Virus record (IMG/VR): IMGVR_UViG_3300044267_001940
Location: 1 to 25,473 of that record
DNA: 25,473 bases
Source of the DNA: a virus
Taxonomy: Duplodnaviria; Caudoviricetes
Strand: one strand, 5' to 3'
Every line of letters starts with the position of its first letter. Position 1 is the first letter of the stretch. The notes beneath the pieces were generated by a model that saw only the letters and a program-made list of their open reading frames with translations, searched no databases and was not told where the DNA came from. The position numbers and the translations under genes are program-made. This document shows, in pieces, positions 18,810-25,473 of this stretch.

Positions 18810-21800
18810 ATGAATTATAGATTTAACGGAACAGACTATACTGAAGATGAAATGACTCAAGTAGCTGATGTAAAAGGCTATACTTTAGAAGAATTAATTT
18901 CTAAAAATCCTAAAATAGAAACTATAACAGACGAAGAGGAAGATGAAGGAGTTAAAGTGGAAAAGCCGACACCTGTCGAGAGTGCCCCGACTGCGACAGA
19001 GATAAAAGGCAATGGGGTTTCCAAGCCGGAAAATACTTCATCGGTATTAGAAGAGAATAAAAAAGTTGAACCTATCAAAGTAGAAGAAAAGCCTAAAATT
19101 GAAAATGTAATATATCCTGAAGCAGATAATACAAAGGACATGAAAAAAGCTTTTAAAGACGAATATGGCGTTAAATATGAGAATATTCAAAAAGCTGTAG
19201 ATAGAGATGTATTAAAAGCAGAGCAAAATTTTCAAGCTGAATTAGATAAGTATTTTGTAGATGGTATTGATAAATATAAAAAAGTAAGTGAAGATGGTAC
19301 AGAATTATTAAATCTAAATGCTTTAGAACAAGACGCATATAATAAAGCTGTCACTAAATATAAAAATAATATAGATGCTATTAACAAAAAATATAGCAAA
19401 GAACGTTTAAATGATTATGTAAAGAGATATAACTCTTTTTTAGATGATGAATCTAAAAAACAAATAGACCAACTTTTAATAGATCAAGAAAAGTCTAAGC
19501 AAGATCTTATAGATTTTGAAGATAAAATATATTACAGATATGACAAAAGTGGTAAGCTGCTAGGAATACATAATTATGCTAGTATATATGATACGTACGT
19601 TGCGCCTGATAGACTTTCTTATGAAGAGTATGTAAAAATACCAGGAAACGAAAACAAGACAAAAAAAGAGTATAAAAATACATCTTACGCATTGCCTAAA
19701 TATGACAGCGTAGAAGATTACTTAGAGGATTACAACAAACATGGTAAAAGATCTGGATATATGCAAGAGGCTTCTACTAGTACTTTGTTAGACGAGTTTG
19801 AAATAGTAGTTCCTTCTAAAGAAACAGATACTGATAAACGTTTAGATTACTGGAAAAAGACTTTTTCTGGTCCTACAGAAGCTATATTTAACGATTTTGA
19901 TGATAATACTGTAGCTAGAATATTAAATAATTTATTACCAAAAAGTTTTGATGTTAATGCTTATGATCCTTTGCAAAATAGAATAGCAGTAACTAATACT
20001 AAAAATGACGAAGTAGAATACTTTGATGTTTTTGCTGATGGAAATAAAGCTAAAGCTAGATCTGAATCTATGCGACTAGCTAGTTGGTTAGCTGCTAATA
20101 CTATAAACGAAGAAGTAAAATTAACTGAAGATAATAAAAAATCACTTGACGATTACTTAACTAGCTTACAATCTAAACCTGCATACGATAACGAGGGTAA
20201 TCTTACTGGTGATGGTTTAAATGTAGATAATTTAAAAATACCTAAAACAAATAATTATTCTATAGGTCAAGTATCAGATTTAGAAAACTTTAGTGTAGAT
20301 TTATTTAAATTTGCTAATAAAACTACTCCAGCTTATATAGATGTACAGCCAGGTAGAAGATTTAGTTACGATGTTGCTGAAGATAATTTAGATGACTCTA
20401 GATATAGAAAGTCTCAACAAGCAGCTTTTAATACTTTTATACAAACACCAGGTTCAGACGGTAAATCTATAGGAATATCAGGCAAGATAAATTATTCTAC
20501 AATGCCTACTTACGAGCAAGATATACAAAGAGGAGGATTTGGCAGAAGTGATAAAAAACTAGATACCTATACTGAAATACCTAGCACATATGTCGGTGGT
20601 GAAATGGCTAGTCAAAAAGACAAAGACATAATAGAATACTCTAAACAAAACAAAGAAGCTTTATTTTATTATAATAAATCTAACGGTGAGAAAGTTTTAT
20701 TTGATACTAAAAAATGGAGTCAAGAAAATAACGGTAAAAACTTTACAGAATTTATAAGTAGAAAAGCTGTAAATGATGTATTAGTACCAGAAGAGTTAGT
20801 TGAAGAAGAAAAAATAGTTTTTGAAAAAGCTATTGGCATGGACTTTTTAGGAGACGCTGATTTAAACAAACAAGCTAAAATAATATTAGCTAGTTTAAAT
20901 GTTAAGCAAGATATTAAGAATAATATAACTTCTAATAAGTATGTTCAGAAAAAACTTGAAAATAAAATTCAAAACTTTAAAGGTTATAGTGTAGAAACTA
21001 CTCAAGCTATTTTAAATATTCCAGGTTATGAAGTAAAAATAAGACCTGGTGAAGATCTAGTAGAAGTGCCAACTAATTATGGTGAAAAAGTTATAGCTCC
21101 TAAAAGAATATTTGATAATGCTAAAGCAGAAATAACAGAGTTTACTGCTACTACTGAATTATATAAAAAAAATAACGCGTCTCAACTTAAGTTAATAGAT
21201 GACGCAGATAACGCTAATGATAAGTGGGAAATATACAAGTTAAATTATAGCGACACTGAAGCTAATCTGCAGAACTTTGTTTTATCTACTGCAGATTTTA
21301 TAAGTTCATCTCTCTATGGTGGTTATAAATACTTAACGCCCTACGGTTGGGCTATGAGTGCTTTGTCTGCTGGTGCTAACGTAAAAGATCCTTTAACAGA
21401 AGTTATGCTAGGATTTAAAGAGTATCAAGAAAAGCAAAGGTCTTATTATGTTGCTCCACCTAAATTTGGTGAGTTTAGAACAGCTGCTGATTTTGGTAGT
21501 TGGTTTTTCAATATGGCAGGAACACAGATACCTCAATATGCTACAATGTTATTTAGTGGAGGTAGCGCAAGTATACCATTGTTAATAATGGGTTCTTCAG
21601 CTGCAGGGTCTACTGACTTAGACTTTAGAAGAGAAGTTATAGCAGGTAATAAAGATTATAATGAGTTTGGTATATTGTGGAGATCCGCTTTATCAGGAGG
21701 ATCTGAAGCTTTATTTGCCGGTTTACCTACGTGGAAAATAATGAACAAAGGTAAAAGTTTAGTGTCTGGTTTAGGTGGCAATGCTACGTCACAGTTTTTC

Positions 21801-24800
21801 AAAGGTGGTAGAGATTATTTAAGAGCACAAGTACCTGGCATAATAAAAGATGTAACTTTAGATTCAGGATTTGAAGTTATTAATGGTGTTGTACAAAATG
21901 TTTTAGCTGAAAGACCTTTGACAGAAGGATTAGGAGAAATAGCAGCTACTAGTATACTAATGACTGGTCCTGTGTCTGTTCTTTCTCCAACTTATTATGC
22001 TTTGACTACTAAAGATTTTATTGGTGGAAATATAAAACAAAGAATAAATGAGAATACTTATAAGATAAGTGAAATAGAAAATCAAAATAAAATTTATTCT
22101 AAAAGTATACAAAAATTCATGGATGCTGCTACTAGATTAGCAGGCACTAGCGATGGTAGATATGCAAGACAAAAAGTACAAGAGTTAAAAACTAAATTAT
22201 TAGAAAATCTAAATATAAAAATGGAGTTGCAAACAGAAGTAACATCTGACTACAACTCTTTAGATAACACATTTAAAAATAAAGGTGTTAACCCTGCTGG
22301 ATCTGCGAATTATAATTTTATGCTAAGTAAATTGATTGAATTAAAAAATCAAGCTAAGCAAGTAAATCAAAATAATAATTTAACAGATAGCCAAAAGTCA
22401 AAACAACTTGATGATATTAATGCTCAATACGTTAGAATAGATCAAGCCAAAGAAAAGTATTTAGATCCTAAGACATATGGTGATGCTTGGCACGCGCTTA
22501 AAGGAGCTGGAGTTTTTAATTTTGCAGCTAAAAAACAGTATAAAGAATATGTAAATAAAGCTACTGAAAATCTACTTGAGTCTGGAGTAACTAATGAAAA
22601 CTTAACTACAGAAAAAGTAGAACAAGAAGCTAGAAAATTATATCACGAAAAAATAGCAGAAGATCAAATAGTTAAGGATCAAAAAGTAAACCCAAATTTA
22701 AGAGTCGCAAGAACACTTGAAGAAGCTAAAGATATAATAAACAAAAGCACTACATTAGGCGAAGAACAAAAGAAAAACTTAATAAGCAAGCTTGAAAAAG
22801 GAACTCAAAACGGATTCAGTATAGATGAATTTGAGTTTGCTTATACGCCTAACATGGTTAAAAATAGTATGTTTCATACAGGAGGTCATGAAACATCTCA
22901 TAGATCTTCTTCAATTTTAATTAGTAAAAATCCACAAGCTTTTAAAGGTTTTGCAGATCAATTAGTTTCTTTTATGGAAGCTGACCATGCTGAACTTTTA
23001 GAGTATGCTAAACAAGTAAATGGTAATTTATTTAAAGACGGTAAGTACGACTCTGAAGAAGTAATAGCTACGTTTATAGAATTAGTAGGAGCTGGTAAAA
23101 TAAAAATGAATAAGAACGGTAATATGCCTGCATTATTAGGGTTTTTATTTAATAAAAGCCTAAATAATGCTAGTGAAGGAGAGTATAACATACCTTTTAA
23201 TGGTCAAGATGATATTGTAAACTGGTTTATTGGTCTTGGAAAAGGTTTGACTGACGGCAGCGTGACAATAGGTCAATATACAGAATTATTAGCCGGTGCT
23301 TTAGACATAGATTTAGAAACTGGCAAAGTAGTTAAAATGACGCCTGAACAAACTTCTAAATTAGCGGCTAGTGAAGTAGAGATAAGTGATTCTGAAACTA
23401 CACTGTTAGATGCTATAAATAATTTATTACCTAAAGACATAGATACTAAAGAAAAGTATGATGACTTCATAAGAGATGAGAGAAAAGCTAAACCAATTGT
23501 AGACGCGTTAAATAAACCAGGTGGTGCTATAAATAACTATATAAGATCTAAACAAGTTAGTCCAGAAGAGGGTAACGAAATGATACAAAATACATTGTTT
23601 AGATTATTTAATTTTAATCCTGAAGAAACTAGAGCAGATGGCAGTGTTGTAGGTCCTGAAAGTTTTGGCGAAAGAATATTTGCTGATACTAGATTTGCTT
23701 CATTAGATGCTAGAAAAAAGTTAGCTAAAGAAGCAGAAAAGAAAAAGCAAGAGGCTAGAATTGACGATGAAGAAGCTAGACAAGTAGCTGCTCGTGACGA
23801 TTCTGAACCTACTGAAACAGCTAAAGATAGAGTTACTCCTAAATCTAAGATACCAAAAGAGTTTCCAGAAGTATTTGATCAAGACATTAAAGATGAATTT
23901 GAAACAGCTGGATTAGAAATATATGAAAGTGATCTTCCAGATATGTCTAAAAAAGAATTTAAAGCTGCTGTTCTTGATATTTTTAAAGGTAAATTAGGTA
24001 AAAAAGTAAAAGACAAGTTAGGTACTCGTAAAAATTACGAGTTTGTAGTCAAAAAAATGGCTCCTAAAATGAAAGATCTTTTACCTGTACAGTGGTTTGT
24101 TAGATTAGAAGCTCAAACAAAACCTGAAGATAGACTTTTTACTAATCCTCCAAAGCGTCTAACTAAGAAAGCAGATATAGATAAAGCTTTGTTAGATGAA
24201 AAAGTTTACGTAGAAAACTTAAAACAAGGAGTTAATATTTATGAATTTAAAGACTTTAAAGCTAAACAATTATCAGATTATTTATTAGCACCAGCTATAA
24301 ATCCTATCACTGGAGAAAAAAGTGGTCTTAGAGGTACTAGAAAAACTGCTTTAGTTGAAGGTATAACAGAAAAATTAGGTAGAGATGTTTCACCTTCTAC
24401 AGCTAAAGCTTCTGGTAGAACAACTAGAGAGATAGCTGAAATAAGTAAAAAGCTACAAGTAGATCCTAGAATTAAGTTTAGTGCTAGTTATATAAGCAAT
24501 TTTTTAAAAGAAATTAATGTAGATTATTTAAGAGGTTACAATAGTAAAGGTGATGTGAATAAAAAAGATGTTAAAAGATTTAAAGAAGTATTATTAAAGT
24601 TCTATCCTTTTAGTACTTCAACTATAAACTCTGGAACTTTTGCTAATATAAGTAGTGGAAAAGCAAAAGGTCAAAATTTTAATGATATTGATAGGTTAAG
24701 TATGCAATTGCTTTTAAATTTTGGCGAACAAGGAGACGTAGACAATATATATATACCTACTAAAAACGCTGAAGAAATATCTATTATTTCTAAAAAGTAT

Positions 24801-25473
24801 AATGGAGAAGTAGATGGTGCTGTAGTTAAAATAAATATAAATAAATTAAACAAAGACCAGCTTCAAGAATTATTAAAAAAATATTTAAAAAGATCTACTA
24901 AAGAGTTTTCGCTAAGTGAAGACAAGATGAATAGTGTTGCTGACACTTTTAAATCTTTAAGTTCTGCTTGGTTAAATTTAAATAAAAATATTAAAAACTT
25001 TCACAATGATTCTAAATATATAAAAGAAAGAAAAAGTAATTATGATGGTTTAGGTTTTATAATAGAAGAGTTTGACAGAGTGTATACTGAAGCTAAAGGA
25101 GAGGATAAGAAGCTAGTGTTACAAATGCTAGCTGGTATATTCTCCACGGCAAGTGCCAATAGCTCTCACATGTTTAGAATGGCTGCGTTTCCTAGTGGTT
25201 ATACTTCTACTTATTTAGATGGATCTGGAACTAGAAAAGAGCACGTAATACCTCAAGCAGATTTAGCAGATTTTGTGTTTACTGTTATATCTGATCCTTC
25301 TTTAAATACTAATTTAGCTATAGAATTAATAAAAGATAATTTTTTACAACTATATATAAGTGAAAATCAAGATAATATGCTTAAAGATCCTGGTTTTCAA
25401 AGTAAAATGCCTGAAGGTTATTGGGAGAGCTGGTACGATGCTATAAGAACTGGCGATTTATCTAAAGCTTTCC
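18810..25473 (+). CDS. Giant internal virion / ejection polyvalent protein, >2221 aa, 3'-truncated
   Basis: ATG at 18810 (TAA-T-ATG junction). Read codon by codon with no stop to the window end (MNYRFNGTDYTEDEMTQVADVKG...). Gly/Ala hydrophobic region about 21270-22010, HETSH at 22887-22901, EHVIP at 25239-25253. Confidence 0.88.
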   Translation, partial: MNYRFNGTDYTEDEMTQVADVKGYTLEELISKNPKIETITDEEEDEGVKVEKPTPVESAPTATEIKGNGVSKPENTSSVLEENKKVEPIKVEEKPKIENVIYPEADNTKDMKKAFKDEYGVKYENIQKAVDRDVLKAEQNFQAELDKYFVDGIDKYKKVSEDGTELLNLNALEQDAYNKAVTKYKNNIDAINKKYSKERLNDYVKRYNSFLDDESKKQIDQLLIDQEKSKQDLIDFEDKIYYRYDKSGKLLGIHNYASIYDTYVAPDRLSYEEYVKIPGNENKTKKEYKNTSYALPKYDSVEDYLEDYNKHGKRSGYMQEASTSTLLDEFEIVVPSKETDTDKRLDYWKKTFSGPTEAIFNDFDDNTVARILNNLLPKSFDVNAYDPLQNRIAVTNTKNDEVEYFDVFADGNKAKARSESMRLASWLAANTINEEVKLTEDNKKSLDDYLTSLQSKPAYDNEGNLTGDGLNVDNLKIPKTNNYSIGQVSDLENFSVDLFKFANKTTPAYIDVQPGRRFSYDVAEDNLDDSRYRKSQQAAFNTFIQTPGSDGKSIGISGKINYSTMPTYEQDIQRGGFGRSDKKLDTYTEIPSTYVGGEMASQKDKDIIEYSKQNKEALFYYNKSNGEKVLFDTKKWSQENNGKNFTEFISRKAVNDVLVPEELVEEEKIVFEKAIGMDFLGDADLNKQAKIILASLNVKQDIKNNITSNKYVQKKLENKIQNFKGYSVETTQAILNIPGYEVKIRPGEDLVEVPTNYGEKVIAPKRIFDNAKAEITEFTATTELYKKNNASQLKLIDDADNANDKWEIYKLNYSDTEANLQNFVLSTADFISSSLYGGYKYLTPYGWAMSALSAGANVKDPLTEVMLGFKEYQEKQRSYYVAPPKFGEFRTAADFGSWFFNMAGTQIPQYATMLFSGGSASIPLLIMGSSAAGSTDLDFRREVIAGNKDYNEFGILWRSALSGGSEALFAGLPTWKIMNKGKSLVSGLGGNATSQFFKGGRDYLRAQVPGIIKDVTLDSGFEVINGVVQNVLAERPLTEGLGEIAATSILMTGPVSVLSPTYYALTTKDFIGGNIKQRINENTYKISEIENQNKIYSKSIQKFMDAATRLAGTSDGRYARQKVQELKTKLLENLNIKMELQTEVTSDYNSLDNTFKNKGVNPAGSANYNFMLSKLIELKNQAKQVNQNNNLTDSQKSKQLDDINAQYVRIDQAKEKYLDPKTYGDAWHALKGAGVFNFAAKKQYKEYVNKATENLLESGVTNENLTTEKVEQEARKLYHEKIAEDQIVKDQKVNPNLRVARTLEEAKDIINKSTTLGEEQKKNLISKLEKGTQNGFSIDEFEFAYTPNMVKNSMFHTGGHETSHRSSSILISKNPQAFKGFADQLVSFMEADHAELLEYAKQVNGNLFKDGKYDSEEVIATFIELVGAGKIKMNKNGNMPALLGFLFNKSLNNASEGEYNIPFNGQDDIVNWFIGLGKGLTDGSVTIGQYTELLAGALDIDLETGKVVKMTPEQTSKLAASEVEISDSETTLLDAINNLLPKDIDTKEKYDDFIRDERKAKPIVDALNKPGGAINNYIRSKQVSPEEGNEMIQNTLFRLFNFNPEETRADGSVVGPESFGERIFADTRFASLDARKKLAKEAEKKKQEARIDDEEARQVAARDDSEPTETAKDRVTPKSKIPKEFPEVFDQDIKDEFETAGLEIYESDLPDMSKKEFKAAVLDIFKGKLGKKVKDKLGTRKNYEFVVKKMAPKMKDLLPVQWFVRLEAQTKPEDRLFTNPPKRLTKKADIDKALLDEKVYVENLKQGVNIYEFKDFKAKQLSDYLLAPAINPITGEKSGLRGTRKTALVEGITEKLGRDVSPSTAKASGRTTREIAEISKKLQVDPRIKFSASYISNFLKEINVDYLRGYNSKGDVNKKDVKRFKEVLLKFYPFSTSTINSGTFANISSGKAKGQNFNDIDRLSMQLLLNFGEQGDVDNIYIPTKNAEEISIISKKYNGEVDGAVVKININKLNKDQLQELLKKYLKRSTKEFSLSEDKMNSVADTFKSLSSAWLNLNKNIKNFHNDSKYIKERKSNYDGLGFIIEEFDRVYTEAKGEDKKLVLQMLAGIFSTASANSSHMFRMAAFPSGYTSTYLDGSGTRKEHVIPQADLADFVFTVISDPSLNTNLAIELIKDNFLQLYISENQDNMLKDPGFQSKMPEGYWESWYDAIRTGDLSKAF
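18959..19018 (+). other. Putative programmed -1 ribosomal frameshift signal (slippery site plus H-type pseudoknot)
   Basis: G_GAA_AAG at 18959-18965; 7-nt spacer; stem 1 CTGTCG(18973-78)/CGACAG(18994-99); stem 2 GCCCC(18984-88)/GGGGT(19014-18); A-rich connecting loop. Confidence 0.6.

Noticed and set aside
19788-19811. LDEFEIVV, resembling the SusC TonB-box-like LDEVVV
   Set aside because: Single degenerate short match that cannot be distinguished from chance.
392-24853. Short minus-strand ORFs in the track (e.g. 392-616, 2793-2990, 2998-3204, 3574-3822, 4942-5175, 8094-8372, 16786-17115, 17200-17667, 18878-19141, 22958-23191)
   Set aside because: Antisense shadows of + strand genes; their Ser/Phe/Leu-rich composition is what reverse-complemented Glu/Lys codons give, with no independent signal.
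1-25473. tRNA, rRNA, CRISPR array, intron/intein, DGR repeats, integrase
   Set aside because: None seen: intergenic gaps are too short, ORFs are uninterrupted and no long repeats were noticed by eye.

Overview
AT-rich (roughly 30% GC by eye) fragment of a tailed dsDNA phage genome, podovirus-like with a crAss/P22-like gene order. The host is probably Bacteroidota: there are no Shine-Dalgarno motifs and starts are AT-rich, usually with A at -3. All genes are on the + strand: large terminase (5'-truncated), portal, scaffold, major capsid, small Ala/Thr-rich protein, conserved virion protein, two adaptor/ring proteins, a tail stabilisation/nozzle protein split over two genes, and three ejection-type proteins. 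The last is a >2221-aa giant ORF (18810 to window end) that the ORF track misses. The most interesting signal is a second coding layer in locally GC-enriched patches: (1) a +1-frame membrane/secreted ORF nested in the terminase gene; (2) a 40-aa basic ORF (MPFKSQAQRKFMYATNPEMAKKW...) nested in the scaffold gene; (3) a G_GAA_AAG slippery site with a 7-nt spacer and an H-type pseudoknot near the start of the giant gene, predicting a -1 frameshift product of about 83 aa. The giant protein looks polyvalent (hydrophobic segment, HExxH zincin, sigma-region-2-like stretch, EHxxP nuclease-like motif). All product calls rest on motifs and synteny read by eye; no database search was run.
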